Below, piece after piece: positions 1-11,503 of a DNA stretch of 22,958 bases. Source of the stretch: Catajapyx aquilonaris (lineage: Eukaryota); the NCBI GenBank assembly GCA_000934665.2, contig KZ538304.1:62001-84958 (forward strand). The letters are read 5' to 3'. Made by a program: the position numbers and the translations under genes. Position 1 is the stretch's first letter; the number at the start of each line of letters is the position of its first letter. The notes below the pieces were generated by a model that made no database searches, had not been told where the DNA came from, and saw only the letters and a list, made by a program, of their open reading frames with translations.

Positions 1-2276
1 CTGTAAATTTCCTCTTCCTGGACATGATTCTGATGATTCTGGACAGCGAATCCCCTGGAGAAAAACAAAGGAAAAAAAAACAACCATGAGCTGACCTTCC
101 GAGAGGTGAAATATGTCAATGTCAACAGGGCAAGTTGAGAAAATAAACCATTGGTGAAAGAAACAAATGTGACGGAAGCGACATGTCTTTTCAGAAGGAT
201 TGGCACATTTTTCAGCTGGCCTTTTCCAGGAAACAAGGCGGCAGCTTCCCCCCTCCGACAATATTGATCCGCACAAAAAAACTTACTTGATCCCCTTCTT
301 CTGAGCCTTGGGGCAGTTTGAGAGCTTGGACAAAGTGTGCAGGACCCGAGCAAAGTCCGTCAGGTCAAAGAGCATCGACGGTTCAAACAGGTCGGACTCC
401 CTGAGCTCAAACATGTTCCGGCTGGTCTGCAGGAAGGTTCGGATGTTCCTCAGGCACAGGAACTACAACCGGAAAGGAAAATATATATTTTTAAAAGCAT
501 ACAAAATAAATACGAGCGGAACATGCATTTAGCCAATCTATAGTTCCAGGAAGTCTATTTTTGCACCCCCTTTTTTTTCTTCTTCTAAATTTTTATCTCC
601 AGACTTGCGAACGCCAAGTGTGGCAATAAACATTCCTCTCTCTGGGCCACCCCCTGGCATGGCTGAAAAATTTGGTTGAATTCCATTCCAACTCCCCCAA
701 GCTATCTGCCTCATAGTAAAGATACCGCAAATATTTGCATTGTCCTCGCACGTACGACAAAACACACATCCCCTTTATCAGAAGAACATAACCGCATTAA
801 TTACTGACGCGTACACCAAGAACATGCACATGGTAAGAAAACCTGGCCAAACAAACGTTGCCTTTCATTTAGGGAAGATGGTAACCTGTTGCCACGATTA
901 CCAAATCAAAGCAGACAAACTTCGACTTTCATATAGGGATTATTATTATTAAGCGATTGATTCCGCTTGCAAAATGTCATCTTCCTTCCCTACACCGGGC
1001 CTTATCGGGGGGCCAGTACTTTTCTTGTTTTCTCTGACGACACTGGATGTGATATGCAAGCAGATAAGCCACCTTTTTTATAACTACTTTCCTCGTCAAA
1101 CTATTTTTTTTTCCCCTGTAGTTCCTGGAACCAGCACCTGTTTTCCCCTCTCTCTCTCGACGCCATGTGTGTACGCACACCCTTCTAGATACGAATACTG
1201 GCAGAGCTCTTTGCATGGGCACAAAACTTGTGCAAAATTATTGGTACAATACTGGCACAAAATGGGCATGAAAATGGGTAGGAAATGGGTACAAAATTCA
1301 AATGAACCTGGCACAAAATGGGTGTGAAATGGGCGCACGAAGGCTATGAAATTGGTACGAAAATGGCAAAAAAAGGGTATAAAATTGGCAACAAAACAAG
1401 CACTAAACATGAACAAAACCAATTTTAAAATGGATATGAAATAGGCACAAAATTGGCAACAAGATGCGCACAAAATGGGTACGAATTTTGGATATGAAAT
1501 TGGCAAAAAACATGGGCACACAAAAACAGGTACAAAAAATTGATGAGAAATTGGCAAGAAATGGGCACAAAATTGGCATGAAAAGGATACGAAATTGGTA
1601 TAAAACAGGTACGAAATGGGCACGACAACGGCACAAAATTGGTACAAAAATGGGAATAAAAAAAAGGGGTGGGAAATGGATACAAAATGGGTACATGAAA
1701 TTTGCATGGGTACGGAAAATGAGCACAGAAATGATACGAAAATGGTAAGAAATGGGTAGGAAATTGGTACAAAATCTATAATATTAAAATCCTTGCGGGA
1801 GTTGGCCGAGCCCTCTGATTGGTCCGCCGCATATTGTTACCGCCACCTCCCCATTGGCCCGCGTTCTACTCATGCGCAATTTGGTGTAAACAACTCCTGT
1901 TGGGTTGCCGGGGAAACTGTCTATTTCCCGGCGATATGGTGCGCCGAATAGGTACCCCAGGCCGTAGTTCTAGACAAGAGTTTTCCTAGTGGGACGTATA
2001 AAAAGGGTGCGAAATGGGTACAAAAAAAAAGTGGCACAAAATCTGTATAAAATGGGCACAAAGAGAGTAGGAAATGGGACAATGGGTACCAAAAAAATGG
2101 GTTATGAATTTGATGGGAACGACATGGCCAAAACAAGCAAACAGACCTTGCCTTTTTTAATATACACAATGCAGATGTTGAGTGCGTGTTAGGTTAAATG
2201 TCGTCCCGTCTGAAGATGGGTGTACCATGGTCAGGCAACATTTTTGTGTGTTTCTATATATATATATATATATACA

Positions 2277-2308
<32 letters not shown>

Positions 2309-2657
2309 GTCCCTTTTTGTTCCATTGTTCATGAGTCCCTTTTGGGAATACTGTTTTGCATTGTTGCTCCTGGCAATGCATTTTCTCTTTTTATTTTCCA
2401 GTACGTGCAAGTATAGCGTAGGTGCAAAGTGTCCTCCTGACCTGTGCCATCTGCGGCCTGAGGTTGACGTCCTTGGGGTCGACGCAGCCGGCCTCGAGCA
2501 CGTTGAGGAGCCTGCAGAGCTGCACCCCGTCCCTGAGGGTGTAGGCCAGGTCCAGCACTTCCGCCGAGGGCCAGTTGGCCCTGTGGTCGTCCGCCAGCAC
2601 CCCGCATCGGATCAGCCAAGACGCGCACTCGCGCCACAGCTCCCCGCAGCTGCCCAT
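1..2657 (-). CDS. Vav: Vav guanine nucleotide exchange factor, 5' part (CH domain and start of acidic region); gene continues beyond position 1
   Basis: Exons 2657-2442 (MGSCGELWRECASWLIRC...LRDGVQLCRLLN...VNLRPQMAQ, GT donor), 462-287 (FLCLRNIRTFLQTSRNMFELRESDLFEPSMLFDLTDFARVLHTLSKLS...KKGIK, AG/GTAAGT) and 54-1 (GFAVQNHQNHVQEEEIY..). Splice phases are compatible. The sequence matches the Vav CH domain (ELWR.C..WL, LRDGV.LC.LLN, RPQM.Q|FLC..NIRTFL) and the first acidic-region tyrosine. Confidence 0.95.
1215..1775. repeat. Degenerate ~10-11 bp low-complexity tandem repeat (AAATTGGCAC/AAATGGGTAC-like) in Vav intron 1; second patch at ~2000-2135
   Basis: Dozens of visible variants of aaa(t/g)tgg(c/g/t)ac. 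The spurious F/C/H/P-rich ORFs in the track derive from it. Confidence 0.8.
2255..2308. repeat. Compound (TA)n/(GA)n microsatellite
   Basis: Directly visible. Confidence 0.95.
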
Positions 2658-2799
2658 GGCCCTGGCCCTTGGTGGTGCCCGCTCCTGTGCCCTCCTCTGC
2701 CCCTTGTCGAAGAACCCAGGGCGAAAAGAGACTCACCCAGGGGCAGACATTTTACAACATCACTCGACCAGCCAGCCACAGACACAACTCAGATTCATC

Positions 2800-2930
2800 T
2801 TGTGCGCATGCTCAGAAGGGGGTCGTGGACCAATCGGAATGCGCGAATCAGCCTGCGGAATAAGCAAGGAAGAAGACCAATCACGGGAGCGGATTGACCA
2901 ATCGGAGCAAGACTGCGCATGAGCAAATCG
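2800..2930. promoter_or_regulatory. Putative Vav proximal promoter: three CCAAT boxes and two NRF1/Ewg-like motifs
   Basis: GACCAATC with CCAAT at 2830, 2877 and 2898; TGCGCATGCTCA at 2803 and TGCGCATGAGCA at 2914; located 150-270 nt upstream of the Vav ATG. Confidence 0.6.
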
Positions 2931-2954
2931 CGCAACTGGCAGGTGTGAACAAGG

Positions 2955-3195
2955 AATATCGATTTCCATCATCGGAATAAATATCGATACACACCGCCAC
3001 ATATCGATACGGATAAACATCGATAGTTTTTACAACATATCGATACAGTGTAAATATCGATATCATTTGCTACATATCGATACTGTGTAAACATCGATAG
3101 TTTTTAGAACATATCGATGCTGTGTAAATATCGATAGTTTTCACAGCATATCGATACTGCGTAAATATCGATATTATTTGCTACATATCGATATA
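2955..3195. repeat. Minisatellite with 37-bp unit carrying 13 ATCGAT cores (9 perfect TATCGATA DRE motifs)
   Basis: Motif starts at 2957, 2982, 3002, 3018, 3038, 3055, 3075, 3092, 3112, 3129, 3149, 3166 and 3186; spacing alternates ~20/17 nt. Confidence 0.9.
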
Positions 3196-3942
3196 ATTCA
3201 ATCTGTGTTCTATATTTACTTTTTCCAGTTTAATTTCCTACTATTTAATTTCCTGTTTTAAAAATGTCGCATTACCTTATTTTTTTGGCACCATATGGCC
3301 CACCTTCTAATATTATCCAGTGGCCACAGTTTTGGTTTGGCTGCTCATCATTTCTAACCAATAATCAATCGATCGATCGGAATCAATCAATCATTTTAAT
3401 TGCTGGTTGCGCAATTAATTTCTCATTACATTATAGCTTTTTTCAGGGCTAGATTGAGTCCAGAGTGATTCATGCTCCGGATATGTGCAAATCGCAGCAT
3501 GTAGTACTTCCCGTACTCATCTGTGCGATAAGGTGCGATTGCACACGCCAGATTTAAAAACCAGCAGTTTATCAGTCTGTTTATCAGGCTGTAACGTCCA
3601 TCCGGCGTTATCATTCACCTTGTACCTACTGAGAAAAATCAAATCATAAGGCACATTTATTGTAAACATTACTCAACAACACTTTAATTGCACATACAAG
3701 AACACAAATGCAGTACAACATGTAGCAAACTTCCTAATGTTCATATCGAGTGGTTATTCACTAAGGGTAATCTGTATACATCTTACTAGGCAGTCCGAGG
3801 GAAGTCCTGGAGACGTCCAAGGGACATCCAAGGGTAGGGGTAGTCCAGTTCAGTCCATTTAAAGTAGTCCAAGGGTATTCTGGGTATACAAAATATGTAA
3901 GTGAATAACCCAAGATCATCACTGGGGGTTCATCTACAGTCG

Positions 3943-5757
3943 CTACTTGATAAATAACCATTCCGCCTGTCTCTTATCGTTTAATTGAACCTTCCAATTG
4001 CGGCTGAATTTTTCCCAGACGAAAGCGGCTCCACTTGCGACCCATCCTAAGATCAAAGCGAGCGACACGCTTTGAATATGGGCCAGAGTAAATTTCTTGG
4101 GCCCACGGTCGCTCTCGTTCCAACCATGCAAACCTTCCTTCTTAAAATACCAGGCCTCATCCCGCATCCATTTCACGATGTGTCCGTCTTCCACAAGCCA
4201 GCCTACGACCTGGTCCAACTTTGACCTCAGGGGCGACCCGCGGGCCAGTCCAAGTGCCACGTGGATTAGGAAGGACTGCTCCGGAGCGATCCGAATGTGA
4301 TCGCCGAACCTGCCCCCTTCAATCTCAAGCCTTGCTTTGTTAGAAATGCAGGCAAAGTTGTCTCGTTGCACCGCCATTTTTATGCAAGTTTCTCGGTCCG
4401 GGATTGGTTCCATTTTGGTCCAGATGTTGCGGACTGATTCGATGCGGCTGTGGGCAAATATGGATTCGTATACCGGAAGCTGGTCCGTTGCGGTTCCCCA
4501 GTGGAAATCAGGGTTTGATTCCAGTTCGTCTAAAGTTGACGGGAGCGGCGGTGCTCCGGGTGAGGTTAGTATGGACACGAGCTTGCTTCGGTAAGCGCAG
4601 GACAATACCAGCGAGCATGACCACCACCAGGCAGCCAACAGGCGAAGCATGGTGTCATCCCCGAACCGGAACTGGAGCCGGCTCGTTTGCTCCACCAATG
4701 GTCGAAGAATATCTCCGATGCAATCAGCGAGATCTGAAAAGTACTGCTTAGTACTGTGACAGCTTCACGAAAAACATACTTACCTAAATGCAAACGGTGC
4801 ACTTCACGTTCAGCCCAGAGTACGCAGGAGTACACAACCACCACAACGGCAAGGAGGAGCCAACAATTCAGGGTCAGAGGTCGTAGCAGTGTGACCCAGG
4901 TTAAGCGGCTCTGCGGTTGGGATGTGACGAATCCAATGCGGTGGATGAAATAAGGCGTGCTGAAGTCAATGGCTGACCACCGCTGGAGAGTCACTGTGAT
5001 GTCGATTCCAAGTTGGGCTCGACCTGATGCGACCTCACCGATAGTGCCGTCCCAGCTGCCGTTCCGCCGTGTGCCGCCGGTGCTGGACGGAGCTAAAGAG
5101 ATAGTTTCATTAATAATTACGACAGTGCCAAGCAGCGAACATACCTTTACGAACAGTCCAGGTGAACCGAAGCGCTTGGGACAGAGCGTCTAACACCTCA
5201 AAGTAAAGTCCAATCCGCTTGTTTGCCAGTCGTATCCTCTTCAGCTCCTGCATGGATAAATCTTCAAATGCGTACGACACATTCAAGTGCGATCCTTTCA
5301 ATCCGTTGCGGTACAGGTCGATAAAATGCGGTTCACTCAACAGCAGCCCAGATGCGGCACAGTACTGGATGGCATCATCTGATGGGATTGCTTGCAATTG
5401 AAATCTTACGTGCAACATCTGTTTGCATTCATTGCGCCGAGTCCAAAATATGTGACGATCGGTACTTGAAGCACCGAGACTTGCTGCGATGTCGATTGCG
5501 CTGTCTGGTTCTGTCATGATTAGAACTGTACGGCAGGTTTGGTATGGATTGTGCCATGTCCATTGCGATGAGTTGGATGCTGCGATTAAAGGACGGTATG
5601 ACTCACTTGCGGCGTACATCACATCCGCCGCATTGTATCGAGAGTGAACAACAACGAGTGTACAATCAGAGGTCATACGCATCAATATGGGTATGAACCG
5701 CGCAATCGGCTCAATGTACACAAACAGCGTACACAAACACAACAGCCTGAAGTGCAT
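3943..5757 (-). CDS. Divergent ionotropic receptor (IR, iGluR-related chemoreceptor), ~570 aa
   Basis: Exons 5757-5145, 5092-4784 and 4733-3943 join in frame through GT-AG introns of 52 and 50 nt (1713 nt total). Signal-peptide-like MHFRLLCLCTLFVY; S1 NGSWDGTIGEVASGRAQLGI..TLQRWSAIDFSTPY; LLRPL..CWLL TM1; RLLAAWWWSCSLVLSCAYRSKLVSILT.P; S2 LARGSPLRSKLDQVVGWLVEDGHIVKW; final TM. An alternative in-frame ATG lies at 5841. AATAAA on - at 3656-3661. Confidence 0.9.
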
Positions 5758-5863
5758 TTTGCAATTGATATCATTTGTCGGCTCAAACCCTTTTGAAGTC
5801 CAACCCATTGTGTCCCCATCTGTCTCATTTCCGTGATCCATATTTTAACAGGGTCCGTTACCC

Positions 5864-7069
5864 CTACATTAGAAACGAATTGCTGTCATCCAGGATAAGC
5901 GTGAAGTCCGACACATTCACCGGCAACAATGAGGTTATGTCTGCGAACTCCGGGAGCAAACTCCTGGCTTGTATGTCCTCGGTCGGTGGTGGTAACGACT
6001 CTGGTTCAAACTCCGGCGGTTTGACGACTGGCGCTGAGTGCATCCGGCGCATGTGAGCCACAAGACGCTGCTTGTTGCGTACGCCCCGTCCGCACAGGTC
6101 GCACCGTACTGCATATTCCCTAGAGTGCGTTACATCATGATTCCGCAGCTCATGTCTGGTGGCAAATGCACGCTTGCATTTACCGCATTTGAACGGCTTC
6201 TCATGCGTATGTTTCCGTCTACGATGCATCGTCAAGTGCGCACGTAGCAAAAACACAGCTTTGCAATCGACGCAAATGTACGGATGCCTTATATCGTTAT
6301 GTACGCGCCCACGATGCAACGTGAGCGAATTGGCATGCCGGAATGTCTCACCGCACTTATCGCATTGCAGCGGCTTTTCGCCCGAGTGTATCCGCAAGTG
6401 AGCTCTAAATCCTGATGCAAGCGCAAACCCTTTCCCGCAATGGCCACACTTGAACCTGAACTTGCCCGAGTGCGCCTGAATATGCGAGCGCAGTCCTTCT
6501 TTAGACCGAAACACCCTCGGACAGTGAGCGCATGGGTACAGGATCTCCGTACCTTTAGAGCGTGCCATCTCACGCAGCATGTGCTTCTCGTAGGAGCGCC
6601 TGGTGCGGAGGCATATGCCGCACTTCTCGCACTGCAGCCGCTCCGGCTCAATCACCCGGGGAAGCCGCTTCCTTCCGACAGTACATGAGTGTGTCCTATA
6701 CTCAGCCTCATTTTCACCTCTGTATCCGCATCTGGGGCAGATGATCAGCACCTTCGCTTTGGGCACAGTCTGTCCGTCGTGTCCCACCAGCACGGTGTCC
6801 CTAGACTTGAGCAGAGCCGTGGCCTTGCTTCTCAAGCGCTCCAGGTTGCACTCGAGCCTTCGAATGGACGACAGGATCAGCCTGCATTCGGTGCAAACTC
6901 CATCTTGGTCTACCGTCTCAATCTTGATGCCTGATTTCTTCGCGATTCGGACAGTCAGTTGGACCAGAATCGGATCCGACCTGGCCGGCTCTTGTCCGCA
7001 CAGGATGCACGGTGGCGGAGGACGAGGTGGGCCTGCAGACCGGGCCCTTTTTCGGACTTTCCTCGGCAT
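5864..7069 (-). CDS. Intronless ZAD-like C4 plus C2H2 zinc-finger transcription factor, 401 aa
   Basis: First ATG at 7069 (MPRKVRKRAR, NLS-like). CILC...VCTEC followed by a helix (ZAD-like). Six canonical C2H2 fingers with SGEKP/THEKPF linkers plus two degenerate fingers; acidic/Pro-rich tail. Confidence 0.92.
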   Translation of the reverse strand: MPRKVRKRARSAGPPRPPPPCILCGQEPARSDPILVQLTVRIAKKSGIKIETVDQDGVCTECRLILSSIRRLECNLERLRSKATALLKSRDTVLVGHDGQTVPKAKVLIICPRCGYRGENEAEYRTHSCTVGRKRLPRVIEPERLQCEKCGICLRTRRSYEKHMLREMARSKGTEILYPCAHCPRVFRSKEGLRSHIQAHSGKFRFKCGHCGKGFALASGFRAHLRIHSGEKPLQCDKCGETFRHANSLTLHRGRVHNDIRHPYICVDCKAVFLLRAHLTMHRRRKHTHEKPFKCGKCKRAFATRHELRNHDVTHSREYAVRCDLCGRGVRNKQRLVAHMRRMHSAPVVKPPEFEPESLPPPTEDIQARSLLPEFADITSLLPVNVSDFTLILDDSNSFLM

Positions 7070-7101
7070 TATTTGGCCGAAAATCAACTCAATCAGAAAA
7101 T

Positions 7102-7236
7102 TCAAAGGGCGCGGCCATCTTTAAAATAACGGTTCTGATTAAACGCGATCGCCAACAGTTACAAGTAGCAGCGATTTGTGACCCCCGCAGCGATTTGTAG
7201 CATAGCAGCTGGTTTTTTGAATCCAAGATGGCGGCT
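7102..7236. promoter_or_regulatory. Copy 1 of ~140-bp direct repeat; promoter-like module with opposed YY1-type motifs
   Basis: Near-identical to 13890-14031 (first ~65 bp identical). GCGGCCATCTT near the left end and CAAGATGGCGGC at the right end; lies 33 nt upstream of the ZNF ATG. Confidence 0.75.
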
Positions 7237-8311
7237 AAATGTTGCGGAAATCTTTTTTTTTTTTGTAAAAAAACGATTTTAAAAATTGACGCACTTGTTG
7301 CAATTTGCAGAATTTTGGGTGGGGATTTGGCACTTTCATAATCATTAACGATGCAGGGTCACTTTAATGAGACTCTCTTCCAGCATGAGTTTTTTTTGGA
7401 GGGAGGTGATACATTTGCAGAAGCAGTACATAGCCAATGGTTAGTTGTGCAAAAAGTGACTTGCCTTGGGGAAGGCTTAAAAATTTTTCGATGCTTCCCT
7501 AACAATAATTAAATTCTTGCTGCACCTCAGGTATTTTCAACGTACTTTTGTCCCCAACTTTGAGTGTGTACAGATCTTCCCACAATTTAATTATTTTTGT
7601 ATTAATATTGTATGCGCAATTCTTTATTAAACATTCCTGGCTGACATTTTTTCGTTCATGTTCTTTGTAGGTTTCATTCCCAATGTGTACATATAAAAGT
7701 AGACCCACTCCGCAATATTCTTCAGGTGAGGCTTAGAGGTTTGGTGTAGACATCACACTGGGTATGGACAGGAGTGAATAACATGGAGTATCCAACTCCG
7801 AAACATTTGTATGCACATCGTCTTTACAAGTTAGAATTAGCTAGGGCAAGTTTCCACCTAGCGGACAGAAGACTGACTCGGTGGTCTCCTCTGTGCTTAT
7901 CTGTTATTGGGGGTCAGACCAATCCCATGAGGGTCGAGGGAGGAGCTCGGCAGGCCACTGTTCCGACTCGAATCTTGCCTCAGGCGGCAGATGGTCCGAG
8001 TAGGGTTGCCAGGGGGACGAGGAGGGAAAGAAATGTCTTGGGGCTTAACTCACTAATGACCCCCCCCCCCNCCCCCCCCCCCCCCCCGAAATTACACCTT
8101 GACCCTTTCCCCCCACCCCTGCATTCCTCCCGCACCATACCACAAGAAACCGGATTCTTCCATCCCATGCGCTAGTTCACGTGCAGCTGAACTTTTTGCT
8201 TCATTCATTCCATTTCGATGTGCCTTTTCGTTGTTCTCGGGGGTAGACCGGGAGGAGGGATGGGAATTGCATGAATATTAAAACATCAATGGAGCAGCTC
8301 ATTAATAATAT

Positions 8312-8611
8312 TTAATATGGCCCGTGCCTAAGACGCCTATAATGGGTACAGAGCCTGGCTTCAACTTTCAATTGTAATTTGCTAAAACCGAGGCTTTTTG
8401 CCACACTTGCATTTGTGAAGTAGGGATCACTTGCAAAATGGAGAGCACAAATACCATGGGGACCTTGTGGCCCCTGGTAATTGCCCACGTGCTCTTGAAC
8501 AAAATCCACCCAGGCTACCCTGTTCGCTTGATCCTTCAGGAAGTCATGTACAGTCACCGCATCACCGACACTTACTTTTCTGCATCCGAACACACAACGC
8601 TTATTCGGCAT
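8312..8611 (-). pseudogene. Frameshifted THAP-domain remnant (DNA-transposon derived)
   Basis: MPNKRCVFGC...HDF.KD...W..FV...ICALHF = C2CH THAP motif. The terminal AVPTIF-type box (LKPGSVPII) is present only in a shifted frame at ~8340-8366. No downstream transposase is visible. Confidence 0.8.
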
Positions 8612-8804
8612 GTTTGTTCCACTGCTGGATCACACCACTGATAAACGTGCCACACGAGCTTATCACTACAATAATAACACTATGACATCTGTACCACTAT
8701 ACATCACTAAAAATTCACACCTTCATCGCCGTCGCCACGTCATTCTTAATTTTATGACGCAGCAGGAGCAAAAGAATGGAAGAAGGCGTTCGTGGCAGGG
8801 TAAT

Positions 8805-10636
8805 TCCAGGAGAGTTCAACAAGTGCATAACACCCCACATTTTTTGATATTTTTGAAAATTGGCATACGAGATTCCAACCAAGTGCTACACTAGTGTAAT
8901 GCGCGATTTTCGGGCGCCTGTGACCAACGGGTCACTTGTGAAGTCAAGGGGAAAAAATTGACGATAGAAAAAAAACGTCACTCTATTTCGCTTCATATCT
9001 CAGGAACTATTTGTTCTATCGCAATGGTTCATGTGTCATTCGAATCCAAATGGCTGGGGGATTCATAAAACATGAAAAATAAAATATTTATTTTAAATAA
9101 TTAGCCAAAATATTTGAGAGGTCAAATATTTGACCTTTTGACCTGGACAGTCTGACAGCATACACGAGTCTGATATTTAGTACAGTATAACAGGGCACCA
9201 TTACGGACATTTTCCTGAAAGATTTGGAATCCGCCTAATTTTTGGTTCCGAGAAAAAAATTCCGGAACAGAAGGTATGTACATCGAATTTCATATTTTCC
9301 AACAATTGACCTAACATCCAGCTAATATGACAGCAGCTACGAGTGTCATCTTTGGTACAGTACGACAGGGGACCAGTACGGACATTTTCCCGAAAGATTT
9401 GGAATCCGACCAATTTTTGATTTTGCGGGGAAAAAACATAACAGAAGGCATGTACTTCGAATTTCACATTTTCCAACAATTGACCTAATATCCAACTAAT
9501 ATGACAGCAGCTACGAGTCTGATTTCAACTTATGATATCAAAATGCCAATAATCTGCCAAAATCACAAAAATCACTTCCATACAGGACGACTTCCGAAGC
9601 ACTTCAGTTGTTGAAAAATATGACATTGTCAGTTCCATGTAGGCTACATGTCATCTATTCTGGTGGTTTTCCCTCGAAATCCAAAATTCTTATAATGCCA
9701 CATTTTTCGGAAATATGTCTGTAACGACTCCCTGTTATACTTTACAAATGGAACTCGTAGCTGCTGCCATATTAGCTGGATATTAGGTCAATTGTTGGAA
9801 AATGTGAAATTCGAAGTACATGCCTTCTGTTATGTTTTTTTCCTCAATATCAAAAATTGGGCGGATCTTTCGGGAAAATGTCTGTAATGGTCCCCTGTTA
9901 CACTGTACTAAAGATGAAACTCGTACATGCTGTCATATTAGCTGGATGTTAGGTCAATTGTTAGAAAATATGAAATTCGACGTACATGACTTGACTTGTT
10001 ATGTTTTTTTTTCCTCAAAATCAAAAATTGGGCGGATTCCAAATCTTTCGGGAAAATGTCCGTAGTGGGGCCCTGTTATACTGTACTAAAGATGAAACTC
10101 GTACATGCTGTCATATTAGCTGGATGTTAGGTCAATTGTTGGAAAATATGAAATTCGACGTACATGACTTGTTATGTTTTTTTTCCTCAAAATCAAAAAT
10201 TGGGCGGATTCCAAATCTTCCGGGAAAATGTCCGTAGTGGGGCCCTGTTATACTGTACTAAATATCAGACTCGTGTATGCTGTCAGACTGTCCAGGTCAA
10301 AAGGTCAAATATTTGACCTCTCAAATATTTTGGCTAATTATTTAAAATAAATATTTTATTTTTCATGTTTTATGAATCCCCCAGCCATTTGGATTCGAAT
10401 GACACATGAACCATTGCGATAGAACAAATAGTTCCTGAGATATGAAGCGAAATAGAGCGACGTTTTTTCTATCGTCAATTTTTTCCCCTTTACCTCACAC
10501 GTGACCCGTTGGTCACAGGCGCCCGAAAATCGCGCATTACACTAGTATAGTGGTTGGAATCTCGTGTGCTAATTTTCAACAAAATTAAAAAATGTGGGTT
10601 GGCATTTTGGGAAAATTTTTGTTGAACTCTCCTGGA
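8805..10636. mobile_element. Non-autonomous foldback-type DNA element with ~700-900 bp inverted arms and internal ~175-bp tandem subrepeats
   Basis: TCCAGGAGAGTTCAACAA (8805) is the reverse complement of TTGTTGAACTCTCCTGGA (ends 10636). 8890-9200 is a near-perfect inverted copy of ~10240-10546. About 2 subrepeat units on the left (9181, 9356) and about 3 on the right (9740, 9903, 10081, 10253); short spacer at ~9530-9700; no coding capacity. Confidence 0.9.
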
Positions 10637-11503
10637 GCCGGAGACGGCCGTCTCAATTCCGGCTCCCGACTGAGCTATATTAGGCGGTTGTCCCGCACTT
10701 CAGGTGACATTCCTGACCAGACCAGGAATAAACCCCCTCCAGATGTCTTATTGGCTTCCAGAAGTTATTACAAGGTCATTTCTACTGTTACTAAGCAGGA
10801 GTGTTATTAGTCACCTCTTTGTCATTGCTTTCTCCACTTCAGCTGTCCCGATTTATATGCAGGGGCAATCAGGCGGAGGGATTCTGACCGTGTAAATTTT
10901 CCGTTATAAGTATAATCTTTGGAATGACAGCATCAATTTACGGCAAGTCATACTTCGCAATCTGGGTCTATTTGAGTCCAGTGTCGTAAATCATATGTTC
11001 ATGACCATAGGCCTGCAGTTTCTGTATCTCCATCGAGGTGCCCATTTAAAGTTCTGCCCTGATTGCGTGCAGAAAGTGACATTATGAATTCCAAGAGAAG
11101 GAGTTGAAAAGAGGAAGAATCTCATTCATTTGCAAGACTGGAGCAAAGACGGAAAGACGGGCCTTTGACGTTTGACCTTCGGAGGGCTCCCGCAGAGACA
11201 AGCTGACAAGTTGAGGTTTCACGAGCAAGTGATCCCTGATTGGCCACTGGGACGGGGGGCATGGCCAGTCACCGAGGGAGGGGGGCAGCCGGGGCAGCGT
11301 GGAGGTTGTGTGGCGGGGACAGAAGGATCGTGACGTCAATACCCTCGTCCTTATGGAAAAGCAGGTTTTCGAAAACGGACGCACCTACTCGGGAGGGAGC
11401 GACCTACGCCTAACTGATGAGCACACAGGCCACTATGGGCCCGCATAGGAAGTTGGATACTCCATGTTATTCACTCCTGGTATGGAATAATGTCTTTTTG
11501 TAG

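Noticed and set aside
1096..1772. Several 100-200 aa ORFs on both strands
   Set aside because: Products of an intronic low-complexity repeat; no domain features.
2955..3195. CRISPR-like regularly spaced palindromic repeats
   Set aside because: Spacers are themselves repeated and only ~10 nt long; eukaryotic context; no cas genes.
8060..8087. Poly-C tract / G-quadruplex candidate
   Set aside because: Contains an N; homopolymer length is unreliable and there is no functional evidence.
9201..10237. Repeated ORFs (CCHISWMLGQLLENMKFDVH)
   Set aside because: Translations of the 175-bp subrepeats of the foldback element, occurring on both strands.
10640..11480. GC-richer, coding-looking sequence that might be the missing P-transposase core
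   Set aside because: Frames I translated are interrupted, and no FDEM or other recognisable motif was found; a translated database search would be needed.
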